64,000 bases of DNA from Octopus sinensis (GCF_006345805.1 NC_043004.1:99634001-99698000), one strand, 5' to 3'; counted from the first letter of the stretch, positions 37,771 through 50,505 are shown. The notes: generated by a model not told the origin, from the sequence alone. A program made the numbers and translations.

Positions 37771-39434
37771 GTAGCAGGCGTACCCGGTGTTGCCCGGGGC
37801 TGTTTGTTAAGTATGCCTGTTTGGTTATTAGACCATTCACGGATGCATCTCTGAACTGAATGAAAGAAATCATAATGGCAGATGTTGCCTGCGTTGTTTG
37901 ATTTATTAACGCAATAGTGAACATGCAAAGTCATACGCCCACATTATTGTCATTCTTTTCCATTGGGACAATAGGTCGATCTGTAAAAATCCCGGCAATA
38001 ATTGAGTTTATTTTCTTTACCACATAACTGATAGCATATGCTGTTTAGCAAATGGAAAGGTTGAGCCTAAAGATATGATATAAAGAGAAATAGTATGTTT
38101 ACCTGCTGTTTCGCTAGGTTGCACATACAACATTATTTGACATGTGGTTTGTGCAAACAAGATGAAAATTGTAGTATATGTTGCCTACCTCACAATTGGG
38201 GGCACTTAACAGAGAGCATACTGTGAAGAATACGCTAATGAAATAAATAAGGTGACAAGGGCATGGTTACCTGATGTTTTTCTGTTTGCCGTATAGGGTA
38301 ACGTCCGATGTCGTCGTTTCCCTGTAGTATCTGTAACGCGCAGAGCAGCATTTGCTGCAGCATCTCCTGTGAGTCGAACTGCGTGTTGTGTTGCAGTCTC
38401 TGCAGCTCGTGCAACAGCAGTTGAGGAAGCAACTCTTGTAAGTCGATCTGCCCGTTGTGCTGCAATCTCTGAAGCTTGTGCAGCAGCAGTAGAGGAAGCA
38501 TTTCTTGTTCGGCGTACTGAATGTTGCTTGTTGCTCTGGGCGGCACGTTGCGCAGCAATACGTGCTAACCGTTCACAATACTGCTCTTCACTTTCCCTTC
38601 TTCCCGCTGAAGCCATCCAAAGTGCATTGAGAAAGTTCCTCCTGGCGGCGCCCTCGGCAGATTAATTTGTACGCATACGTTCACTTTTCTTTGCAGGATT
38701 TGTTTGCCGACCTATATTGGATCTTTTGCATCGAGGAATGGTGGAAAATTATCAGTTTACGCAGTAGAAAAAGTCCTAAGGAAAAGCGGTGAATATGAAG
38801 CACCCCAAAAATAGTAAAATATAGTTGGCAAAAATGTTAATCAAACAAACCGAATTAAGGATTTTTTAAATTTTTAGGTAAGAGTTTTGAAGTGGTTAGT
38901 TTAAGTTGGAATAATTATATTAAAAAGAGCACTCTCGTGAAAACACAGAGAATCGTAACACGCAAATGACTACTGCTGGCATTACTGTGCAAGCAGTCGA
39001 TAAGGCCTGGCCACAGCTGACAAAGTTAAGTATTGATTTTTCCTGCTGTGTGTATGTCACGTTTTTTCACTGGCTCAAGCCAAATCCTAGGCGAATTGAA
39101 AGTAGTCTAAGTTGGTTGCACGGAATTTCGAGGAAAAATTATAAGAAAAAGCGTCCTAAGTCAAAGAGAGCACACATGTCAAAATTTAATGATGCGAAAA
39201 TAGTCACGTGGGTTATCAAAAAAGAAAGAAAGAAAAGACACAATAACATTGATCAGTTACAGAGATGAGCTCCAAATCAAGCCAGTCTTAAACAAAAAAA
39301 TCCGAACTCAGCATAAAATAGCGCTATACACTAATATTCGTTGTACTTATACTAGAATTCTCAGCGGCATCCAAACCCAGATTACCGAAACAGAGAAATG
39401 CCGTTCCATTAGACGTTTCGCATTTATATAAGGA
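37771..39434 (-). mobile_element. Internally deleted Helitron
   Basis: A|TCCTTATATAAATG 5' end; 3' hairpin CCCGG-GCAACA-CCGGG followed by CTAC|T (decayed CTAG); carries a RepHel N-terminal remnant. Confidence 0.8.
38206..38740 (-). pseudogene. Helitron RepHel N-terminal remnant with STPR-like 23-aa repeats
   Basis: Starts MPRCKRSNIGRQT (frameshifted), then ESEEQYCERL / ...EIAAQRADRL / ETATQHAVRL periodic motifs; no Rep or helicase domain visible. Confidence 0.7.
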
Positions 39435-40403
39435 TATTACATACCTGATGTTCCATATAAGTGCAATCGTTCATTCGCGTCGACACACTTAGTTGAAAAT
39501 CACCATAACGTACACATTCTTCTAAAGTTTACTCACCTACCATCACTAAAACAATAACCTCATATGTCCTCATAAATACACTAATATCCAGTAACTCAAC
39601 ATCAAATGCATGAAGATCAATTTCTTACACTGGCGTTTAGAAGTTGAAATATTTGCTTATATGATTTATGAATTCGTGCGTTATCACAAATCAGCTTCTC
39701 TGCCACTACCCACTGAACATTTGTGTTCCCATCTCTGGATTCTTTGTTCTTGTATGATAATATCATTTTATACATGACCATATGCATACATGTGAGTTTC
39801 AGTTCATCAAATGCCTCGCACACATTCTTAATGGAAGGCCGTCATGCGTTCTCGTTCTATTGCAACAGTACCGAAAGAAAAACTGAGTGATGTGTGCGTG
39901 TGTCTGTGTGTGTGTGTGCGCGATTGCATGTTTCTCATCAGTAAACTAATTCTAAAATAGCAATGATATCCTAAATTCAGTTATAGTTAAAACATTGGTG
40001 GATATCATTTATAGTTAAAACTTTGGTTGATGTCACTCTGACAGTATCAGAACTTGTTTACTAACAAATAACGGGCTTTGAGATTAATGATTCCAGTCCA
40101 TTACTGCAAAGCTTTTTCACAAATCTTAAAGCTGCACCAAAGTTATCCTACCTATCAATCAACCTAGTATTGAAATAAGTCTCCACAGTATTAATTTTCT
40201 TTACTTCCTTTTAACAACATACTTTCTTTTTGCAAAGTATCAAATAAACTCGGAAACAAATTTTTTATATATCTCTCTGAATGCATATGATGGCCCTCCA
40301 TTATGTACAACACAGTGAATTCATATTTGAATCTAATTGAAATATAACAAAATAATTACCTCGCATGCGAAATATTGCCTCCTGATGTGTTACAAATATT
40401 GTG

Positions 40404-40820
40404 TATTTCTTTGCTGCCCACAAGGGGCTAAACATAGAGGGGACAAACAAGGACAGACAAAGGAATTAAGTTGATTACATCGACTCCAGTGGGAAACTGG
40501 TACTTTATTTATCGACCCCGAAAGGATGAAAGACAAAGTCGACCTCGGCGGAATTTGAACTCAGAACGTAACGACAGACGAAATACCTATTTCTTTATCA
40601 CCCACAAGGAGCTAAACACAGAGAAGACAAACAAGGACAGACATAGGTATTAAGTCGATTACATCGACCCCAGTGCTGAACTGGTACTTAATTTATCGAC
40701 CCCGAAAGGATGAAAGGCAAAGTCGACCTCGGCGGAATTTGAACTCACAACGTAACGGCAGACGAAATACCGCAAAGCATTTCGCCTGGCGTGCTAACGT
40801 TTCTGCCAGCTCGCCGCCCT
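40404..40820 (-). mobile_element. Family A SINE tandem dimer (full unit plus headless unit)
   Basis: Junction AAAGAAATAGGTATTTCGTCTG at about 40575-40595; one 16-bp TSD TGTTACAAAT(A/T)TTGTG (40388-40403, 40821-40836) brackets both units. Confidence 0.93.
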
Positions 40821-41768
40821 TGTTACAAATTTTGTGGAAACACGGTATATCTTGAATCGTTTTTTTTTTAATTCATGACACCAACATTCAGAGTTACAAC
40901 TTCGACAAAGCTCACGGCTAATCAGGTTATGATTTTTCATGGACAGCAACGCACACTTTCTAAAAGTGATTCTCGGTTGTTGTGTAGGTTAGTTCATATT
41001 TAAGGTCACCTTCCGTATAATTGTTCCAGATTAAAAAAAAAACACGTGTCCCACACGATAAATAATCAACATCTCAAAATGATATAGAGCTGAAATAGAA
41101 ATTAGTAATATACTTAACTTTACCAAATCTTTCATCCCGCAACTTAAGATAAATCACTAAATGTAATAACCATGCGTTTACCCTTGCGTTTTAGATCGGT
41201 GACTACCTGACGTGGATGGCTTTCAATAGTTTTAGACAGTCAAGGCTCCAATTTACACACCATTGCTGTCTGAAGTGAGCTGAGCAGTTTGGTTAGTGCA
41301 CTGTGTTAGAAGTTACGTCTATTTTGTGACAGATCTTAGGTATGCTTACATAATGTGTGTGTGTGTGTGTGTTTATGTTTGTGTATGTGTATTTCCTTGT
41401 GTATGTAAGGGAGAGAGAGAGATTTTGTTTGTGATGAAGTTTTTTCTACGTACTAGTTTACATATAGTATTCGTATACATATACATTTTTATACGGACTC
41501 CCTACATTCTCACATGCACAGTGATACACTCTTATACATTCACCTACGTGTATATGCACATGCCTATATATAAATGCACAGAAATATGGACATAGATACA
41601 CATATACGTACACTCCTAGTTATATGTAAACAATGTTGTAATACTCTTTATCAAGGAGATTAGACTATTAACCAGATACTTCAAAAGACACTGGCGCCTT
41701 AAAATAGCCTAATATGAAAATCAATATTTTGGAAGCACTCACACATGAGTGTGTGTGTGTGTGGTGTG

Positions 41769-41802
<34 letters not shown>

Positions 41803-42956
41803 AGTGAATCGTGAGTTTATTTACATTTCACATAAGACTGAAGAAGCAGATAATATTTCAAAGATAACAATCAGTTAAATTTTATGGTGCTTCGGTTAGA
41901 TATTGTTGCAGTAATCTATGGTATAAGTTCAAATCTACGGTCACTTTCTTCCTGCTTTTAACGAGGCCTTGTAGTAATTTAACCTCTCAATTTGTACGTG
42001 ATATTCAACCTCATTATTGGAAGGTCATTTGTTATAGTAAATAGAATTTACGAAATCTGTTGTGTGCTGTTAATGAAGCTAGTAAGCCTTCGAATATTTT
42101 GTTAGTTTTTGTTTCTTATCACATTTATTCCGTTGATGTTTTTGTCATTTTATAACTTTGAAATTGTAAGATGACCAGTATCTTTGCAAAACTAACTGGT
42201 TATACACGCCACTCCTCTCCTCATTTCGGGAATTTGAAGTTTCCTGTCAGAAAAAAGTTCGTGGCAGGTTATTTTATATACTTTCTCTGCCTTCCACGCT
42301 GTAATCACTGATGTACCTCCTAGTTCTTTTGTTCCACCCATACCTTGCAATTTGTTTATGAAGTTTGTGTGCCCTAGTTTTAGCTTATCCAATCTTCTAA
42401 ATAACTGATACCACTCATTATAAATTTTTCATGTATAAATTTCTAAATTATATTACCGATAAATTTCTTTTGGGAATTCATAGAAACTATGAAGAGAAAC
42501 TTTAAAAGTCCCTTTTATTAATATCATACAAGGCTAGCATCGTTCCAAGGACCAGCACATAAATACTATGTATATAAAAGAAAATCAGAACTTTGAGTCC
42601 TACAATTACGATCAATACACGATTAAATCCCTGCACTTATGATTTTTTTTTTTTTTTGAGAAATATACAAATATAACATTGTGTTCGAAATTAATATTTC
42701 TCATAAAACACAGAAAACATTTTGTAGAGGGTAAGTGTAAGTGTTGAAACGGAACGAAAAAGATGTCCATATTTAATAAATTTAATACAGTCTTCAGCAG
42801 TTTAAATTTATACAAAACTATGATGACGAATGATGAATTGGGAGGACGCAGTCTATTTTGCTTTCTTGTAAATAAAGAGGAGATGGGAAGTGTCCATTAA
42901 GGGCACTAATATTTTGGGGTGGCTATATTTGTCAGTTTGCGAATTAATTTACCAAT

Positions 42957-43385
42957 ACTCTTTACTCTCTCTTTTACTCTTTTACTTGTTTCAGTCATTT
43001 GACTGCGGCCATGCTGAAGCACCGCCTTTAGTCGAGCAAATCGACGCCGGGACTTATTCTATGTAAGCCTAGTACTTATTTTATCGGTCTCTTTTTGCCG
43101 AACCGCTAGGTGATGGGGACATAAACACACCAGCATCGGTTGTCAAGCGACGTTAGGGGGACAAACACAGACATACAAACACACACGCACACACACATAT
43201 ATATATATACATACATATATACAACGGGCTTCTTTCAGATTCTGTCTACCAAATCCACTCACAAGGCTTTGGTCAGCCCGAGGCTATAGTAGAAGACACT
43301 TGCCCAAGGTGCCACGCAGTGGGACTGAACCTGGAACCATGTGGTTGGTAAACAAGCTACTTACCACACAGCCACTCCTGCGCCT
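42957..43385 (-). mobile_element. Family B SINE, full length
   Basis: Complete near-consensus copy; imperfect roughly 13-bp TSD ATTT(A)CCAAT(A/G)CT. Confidence 0.95.
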
Positions 43386-43399
43386 AGATTTCCAATGCT

Positions 43400-43780
43400 T
43401 AGATTTCTATGGAATGAGGTCAAATAATCTCAGTTTGTTGAGTTTTGATTAGCTGTTTAGCAAATGCCTTTGTTACCTCAAGTTTATCTGTACAAAACAA
43501 ATGCTATTTATACTCTAGTCAACACAAGACAGTAAGAATACTACTATCTCTAGGTTATCAGTGTTAGAGTATTCTCTCCCCTGAAACTCTTGTCAAGAAC
43601 CCACTAAACACTTCGTCATCTCTACTATGCCTCACTTATAAAGCTCTTATGTAAACACACTCAAATACTTCCTCGCTGTACTGCAGCACTCTGGAAATAC
43701 TTGTCTCAATTTCATTGACCCCGTTAACCCAAACATTGTCTATAAGCAAGTAAAAACAAAACTGCTACTTAACTGACCAC
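43400..43780 (+). mobile_element. Heavily degraded LINE ORF2 3' end
   Basis: ALWKYLSQ and YKQVKTKLL resemble the LWNxLP...FKxxLKxxL C-terminal motif; many stops. Confidence 0.35.
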
Positions 43781-45269
43781 CCTACACTTATATACGTTTT
43801 GTGCATATAGACACAATTAAATGTATAAACAAGCGTACAAGCATAGTCACAAACACACACACACGCATGCACGCACAAATATACACACTCTCAAACGCAC
43901 GCAATCACGAACACACGAACGCACTCATATTGAATACCAATATTTTATTCACATGAGCGTAAATATGTCTGTGTACGTCCGTAATATTTATGCCTTCTTT
44001 AACTTCAGGTCAAATAGTTTAATGATCTGACTGGTTGTGCTAGGAATTCAAATTCTGCTAAGATTAAATTGATGTTTCATTCTTTCGGGATCGATGAAAG
44101 GTACGAATCCAATCCTTTGTGTTGGAAGAGTTTTAAGAATTGCAGCATGGAGGCCCTGGTATTTATTCCAATACCACCACCTTGGGTACCTCTATTAGTA
44201 CTGAGTAGCTCTTCTCCCTCACCAGTCATGAGCACTGCGGAGGGGAGAAAGAAGCCTCTTTCAATGCTGCCTTTCTTTTATCGTTAAGTCCATCTTGAGT
44301 AAAAGATACAAAAATTATATTTCAGCCTTAATCATATATTCGTCGATTATAATACATCCATAACTATATAATCAAAAAGTATTTCCTACTTTAGGGTCGG
44401 AAAGTCTGATTTCAAGGAGGCTTCGCCGCAATTTCTACCTGGTCGAGAGAACGGGTAATAGTTATCAGCTTGATTCGTATTTGTGTCCTTAGTGATAATC
44501 GATGCGTATTTGTATGCGCGTATCAATATAAGCACTTGTGTGTAAGTGAATGCATTGTATGTGGTTGGTATTGGATCACGTGATAGAGACTGAACCATAT
44601 GATTGAATACTAAGCCATAGATCATGAGTGCATTTTCTATCGAGGTTTCGTTGTCTTTAACCAAAGTTGAACCTTGACAAACGAGAAATTAAGGCCCATG
44701 AAAACGACAGACGTACAGATTTACATCCACAGATATTCACATACTCTGGACGTATTAAGACGTATTTAGGAACCTACATAAACCTATAGGTATATATAAG
44801 TATACACGCTTACAGGAATACGCCTGCACAAATATAACATACGAGCTCACGCACAAAACACCCAGAAGACATACTCACGCACACATGCAGGCACAAACTT
44901 GAAAGCTTCTTTACATTAGCTGTGAGTGAATGAAATGGATAATGTAACAATTTTCCTCTTAGCTGTCCCTAAAATACCACTGTTAATTTATACACTGGAA
45001 ACTGAAGAACAACTGTATTCAAGGAAATTAAGAAATATTAGATTTTCTCTTCAAGACCAAAATAGAAATCTTATTTTCTACGAACGTCAGCTGATGTTAC
45101 TCAGACTTCCCAAATGCAATATCTTCGTTTACATTCTGAGATTTTTTCCTATACCAAAATATGGTTACACTAAACCTAGAGAAGATTTGCCATAGGGTAT
45201 TGCCAAGAATATAGCACCACTGTATCTGAATACCAAGTTATTCAAAATCAGCAATAATAATAATAATAA

Positions 45270-45362
45270 GGCATGCGATTTGGAGAAGACTAGTCGATTA
45301 TATCGACCCAGTGTTTCACTGGTACTTAATTTATCGACCCCGAAAGGTTGAAATGTAAAGTC
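45270..45362 (-). mobile_element. Family A SINE internal fragment
   Basis: GTCGATTATATCGACCCAGTG...CTGGTACTTAATTTATCGACCCCGAAAGG. Confidence 0.8.
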
Positions 45363-45550
45363 GATGAAAATATATGTGTGAAGAATGTAACATATTACGT
45401 ATATATAAGGACCTGGAAATTGAAATGCCAAAGCTGTGGCATCTTAAAGCGAGAGCTATTCCTGTTATTGTGGGTGCCCTCGGTATGATAAGAAAGGGAT
45501 GTCAGAAACATCTAAATAACATCCCAGGAGAACCATGTCTCAGAGAAATC
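45363..45550 (+). mobile_element. R4/Dong-like non-LTR retrotransposon C-terminal fragment
   Basis: YKDLEIEMPKLWHLKARAIPVIVGALGMIRKGCQKHL matches the KYxDL...LW...PVVIGALG motif of restriction-like endonuclease LINEs. Confidence 0.75.
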
Positions 45551-45912
45551 TAACTTCTATGATGATACATAATTTTTAGGTATGCATGTATGTGTGTATG
45601 TTTTTAATTATTCAAAAACTTCCTTCGAGGAAGGAGGTGGCTTCTAATAATAATATAAAGCTCCAACGTTTGGAAGTAGATAAAGAAAACAATATTATAC
45701 TTTAAACATGCTAAAGTCCTGAGTATTTTTACTATTCCAATTACAGGTATTTGTAATGTGCGAATTAGTTGGCCGATTTCACTTTCTGACAACCGAAGCA
45801 TATCTACAGTCGGTTAGGTATTTATATGTGTAAGATTTTCCTTTGTGTTTTATTCAAATTTTTATTAAAAGAGTCCAAATAGGTCTTTGACATGTATGTG
45901 TGTATGAACGCA

Positions 45913-46101
45913 CCAGGAGATGCTGCAAAGTTTCTGGCTTTAAGGGATTTGTGGAAGGCCCGACAGGAGGCCCAACCATCCGAGCTATTTTACAGGGCTT
46001 AGAAGAACTGAAAGATCGCTGCAACATGTGTGTGAATATTTAACTGATCCTCTTTTATTTTATTTTGCCCAAAGTTAGGAGAACATTTCAGCAACCCCTT
46101 G
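45913..46101 (+). mobile_element. Mariner-derived MITE
   Basis: Degenerate TIRs (CAGGAGATGCTGCAAAGTT / reverse CAAGGGGTTGCTGAAATGTT) around GLEELKDRCNMCV, a mariner C-terminal relic. Confidence 0.55.
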
Positions 46102-47109
46102 TGTATAGACATGTATTCATAGTACATGACAATGAGCTATACCAAGTTTTTGCATAGCCATCTCTCTAAGAAAAGGAAACAACGCTTGTTGCTCTTGCCT
46201 TATTCTGGAATACATGGTTTTCTAGATGAGAGTCCTAACAGTGGTATGACTTTAAAATCAGCACGACATTGCTGACAACTATTGTCTTTAACATCTAGGA
46301 TAAGACAATTTCACAGTGATGGTCATATCCGCCTACTAGTTGACAGCTAGCATGCAGTGTGCAAACCTTGCTGTATCTCCATAAAATTTTATTAATGTAA
46401 CACTGGACAACACGATGTTATGGTAATAGACATATATCCAAAATGCATCAATGACAAACCGAAACATTATCCACGTTGTTGCAAGGAGAATTTCTTTACT
46501 GCACGTTAATTCGTTTTGTTTGATTTTAATATTATATCTTGCCTTCTTTCCTTCGTTTCACTTAGTTCCATAACAACAAAACAATGAAAGAACAAAGAAA
46601 AAAATGGAAAGGAGGGGAAGTATAGGAAATGAGTAAAGAAACATAAGCGAAAATGAAAATGGTTTGGTTTTTAGAAGATCAGGGTCAGTTAGGATTGGGT
46701 CATAGCTTAGCTGTACAGCTTTGATGTTTACAAAGCAATTAAGATATTGTCGCTGAAGAACTGGCGGAATCTATGAAGAACCAACCGGAAATCGGGAACA
46801 TTATTAAGATATCAAGACATTTCCAGAGAATATCCTCGTAATATGTTCAGAACATTAGCTTTACGAATATCAGCGACAAAAGAAAAGAGCGAATGGAAAG
46901 AAAGATGGTGATTAGGTAAAAGTGAACTGAAGAGTTTGGTAAAGTTTTTCCAATTTATTTGCTTCCTGGGTTGTCGAGATTTTTGTAAAGATAGTGCTTT
47001 GTCAAGGAGTGACCATTTCACGAAAGACACTTCAATGCCAAATTATTTACAACTATTTGGCGAAAAGCAATTTTTATTCGTCTCTCATCAATTCTTTCGA
47101 TTATTATTA

Positions 47110-47232
47110 TATCATCATCATCATCATCATCATCATTATCATCATCATCAACAGCAGCAGAGCAGTAGTAGTAGTAGAATTTGTAGTAGTAGTGGCGGTG
47201 ATGGTGGTGGTGGTGGTGGTGGTGGTGGTGGC
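47110..47232. repeat. Compound trinucleotide microsatellite (CAT)(CAG)(TAG)(GGT)
   Basis: Directly visible. Confidence 0.92.
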
Positions 47233-48201
47233 AGTTGTAGTAGTTGGGTTTTGGATTATTCTTCGTTTCCATTATTTTCTCTGCTGTCCTTGTGGCAAAT
47301 ATATGTAACGATTTTTCCTTTGTTCATTTGTTTTTGAGTGACAATCCAATATATAAAGATACTTTATTTTTTCCTTCTATTTTCTTTTTTTTTTTCCTTC
47401 TATCACTTCACATCTCTCTTTTTCTACGCAGCTTTCTTCCCCTGTATCTCTTTCTTCACATTCTCAGTCTCTCACTCTCACCTTCCTCTCTCACCCCTCC
47501 CCCTCACATTCCCTCCTCCTTACGCCTCCTCGCTGACTCTACTTTTCTCCTTCTTTCGCTATCTCTGTCTCTTTTACTAGCTCTCGACGATACAAACCAA
47601 ACTACAATTGCATATTTCATAAGAAGCAATAAATGGCTGCTGGGAAATTTTCATGGGAACCAAAACCAAAACAATTTTCTACAAACATCAAAGTGTTGTT
47701 CAGATGGTTTTGCCATTTTGTAAAATAGCATCCATCATTAGAGTAAGCATTTCTCGGTGATTTTGCACGCTTATCAACAGAGAAAGTTATTTTTGTTGTT
47801 GTCGTTGTGTTTTAGGAAAAGTCATCTATTTTGAATCAACACTTCGTATCAACATGTCTTGTTTTCTGTGCTTTCTTTGAAGTCATTTGATTTATGCATT
47901 ACGTTAAGTCAAAATATAAAAGAAACCAAAAACAAGGCGAAAGCGAATTTTTATATAATTGATAAATAGGAGCAGCTCAAGTAGAACAGCAAATATCAGA
48001 CAGAAGGAATTAAGTTGAGCCAATGAGAGACAGCTGGATCGACTTTGAGCATCTGAGGAAGATGGATATAGATTGAGTCTCTTACAGAGCTAAAGGTATG
48101 TTGAGCCAGTTACAGAGTTCAATCGACTTCAAGAATCAATAAGATAAATGGTTCTACTTTGAATGAAATCGGCAACAAGATCTACTTAGAGTAGAGTCAC
48201 T

Positions 48202-48589
48202 GGAGTGGCTGTGTGGTAAGTAGCTTGCTAACCAACCACATGGTTCCGGGTTCAGTCCCACTGCGTGGCATCTTGGGCAAGTGTCTTCTGATATAGCCCC
48301 GGGCCAACCAAAGCCTTGTGAGTGGATTTGGTAGACGGAAACTGAAAGAAGCCCGTTGTATATATGTATATATATGAATATATGTGTGTGTGTTTGTTCC
48401 TCTAGCATTGCTTGACAACCGATGCTGGTGTGTTTACGTCCCCGTCACTTAACGGTTCGGCAAAATAGACCGATAGAATAAGTACTGGTCTTACAAAGAA
48501 TAAGTCCCGGGGTCGATTTGCTCGACTAAAGGCGGTGCTCCAGCATGGCCGCAGTCAAATGACTGAAACAAGTAAAAAGAGTAAAGAGT
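48202..48589 (+). mobile_element. Family B SINE
   Basis: Near-consensus copy ending CAAGTAAAAAGAGTAAAGAG. Confidence 0.95.
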
Positions 48590-48803
48590 GACGAACTCAC
48601 ACTTTCTCTGACAATGTATAGGACATTCTCAGAAGATGTATATGGAAGGTCATAACTTTTATAGGTCATTTAACCCATCAATGATCATTCGATGCAACTC
48701 GAATATTACCAAGGCGATGGTCCCCGGAAATAAATTGAGTGCGTGAGTTGTGATTATGTGTGTGAGAGAGAGCGAGAGAGAGAGAAAGTGAGTGTGTGCA
48801 TGA

Positions 48804-48839
<36 letters not shown>

Positions 48840-49312
48840 ATGCGTATGTGCGTGTGTGTGTGCGCATGTGTGTGTGTACGTGGAGTAATTCTTGAAATTT
48901 GAATTCTTCGTTTAAAGGATTGAAAAATGTGATTAGAGCGTGGTAAGACTGGTGATATCAAGAAGAGGTTGAGAAGAGATTAAGGACGTATGTGTCGAGT
49001 TAAAATGCATACAGATGGGATGTAAATAGTTCAAACTAGCCGTGGTTGCCGTCACATATATAACATAGGAAAAGGTAAGAGAGACAGGCACACGGTCAGA
49101 GCAAGAGATGGAGAGGGAAACAGAGAAAGTGACACAGAGAACACCTCTTTCTAGGTGGAATTTTTAGGTGAGTCGCTCGGCAGAGGATGTATGTATGCGT
49201 GTTGCCGTTATGTATGCACATAACGCGCCGCTGGGAATTGTGAGTCAATTACCCTAACCAATAAGCCATTCATTCACTTGACTGTACTACGTCTACATTG
49301 GTGATGCATATA

Positions 49313-49720
49313 GTGGCTGTGTGGTAAGTAGCTTGCTAACCAACCACATGGTTCCGGGTTCAGTCCCACTGCGTGGCATCTTGGGCAAGTGTCTTCTGCT
49401 ATAGCCCCGGGCCGACCAATGCCTTGTGAGTGGATTTGGTAGACAGAAACTGAAAGAAGCCTGTCGTATATATGTATATATATATATGTGTGTATGTGTG
49501 TGTTTGTGTGTCTGTGTTTGTCCCCCTAGCATTGCTTGACAACCGATGCTGGTGTGTTCACGTCCCTGTCACTTAGCGGTTCGGCAAAGGAGACCGATAG
49601 AATAAGTACTGGGCTTACAAAGAATAAGTCCCGGGGTCGATTTGCTCGACTAAAGGCGGTGCTCCAGCATGGCCGCAGTCAAATGACTGAAACAAGTAAA
49701 AGAGAAAAGAGTAAAAGATT
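49313..49720 (+). mobile_element. Family B SINE with 93-bp flanking direct repeat
   Basis: Near-consensus copy lacking a few 5' bases; 49220-49312 and 49721-49813 differ at 7 of 93 positions. Confidence 0.95.
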
Positions 49721-50427
49721 ATAACGCGCCGCTGGGAATTGTGAATCTATTCCTCTAACCAATAAGCCATTCATTCACTTGATTGTAATACGTCTACATT
49801 GGTGACGCATATATGTAGCTAATATCAGAGATTATAATTAACCGGAGATACGTGTACATTGAGGAGAAATCGCAATGATTATTTATGGTCAAGAAAGAAA
49901 GGAAGATAACTCCAGCAATCGAATTGTGGAAAATTAACTAAATGTTGAAAAGGATTCTGCAGTGAGGTGTGAGACTATTCCATTGAAAGTATGTTAACTT
50001 TTGCCATATTTTGCATGGTCATTTCTGCTTCAACAATTAAGTAAATGATGCCTTTTTAAAAATGTATTAGATGAAAGAGAAGTAACACTAGATTCAATGT
50101 CATGAGCTGAAATGATGCAATAGATTCTACAGCATAAATGATGAAAGCCAATTGCTTTGTCATAATGCTTGAGGATCGACCTCAGATAACAGAATGAGAA
50201 GACATACCTAAACACGCACACATGCGTACACATATGCATATATACATTAATGCATACATAGAGCTCTGCGTGCATCTAGTATATATATATATGTCTCTTC
50301 TCATTTATGAGGACGTTTATGAGTATATATATATGTCGTATATATTATGTCGCACGCGAATGAGAGGATTTGCATCCCCAACCAAGAATTTTTGATGTAA
50401 TACATGTCCTTGAGGAAGTAGTTGTGC

Positions 50428-50505
50428 GCGGCTGAAGAAGGCCACAGACACACATTATGCATTGTCATAAATCCGTCTAATAAAGGCCCGAAACATATGT
50501 ACCGC
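50428..50505 (+). ncRNA. Type I hammerhead ribozyme with complete catalytic core
   Basis: GCGG-CTGAAGA-A-GGCC-[41 nt]-GGCC-C-GAAAC-ATAT-GTA-CCGC: stem I GCGG/CCGC, CUGAAGA box, stem II GGCC/GGCC, GAAA, palindromic ACATATGT stem III, GUA triplet; predicted cleavage after 50501. Confidence 0.8.

Noticed and set aside
46739-46813. CTGAAGA...GGAAATCGGGA between ATTAAGATAT direct repeats
   Set aside because: Possibly a very decayed hammerhead, but stems I and II and the cleavage triplet are all broken; not supportable.
46936-47337. ORF with poly-His, Gln, Ser and Gly runs resembling a transcription factor low-complexity region
   Set aside because: Compound trinucleotide microsatellite open in several frames and on both strands; no domain or convincing splice context.
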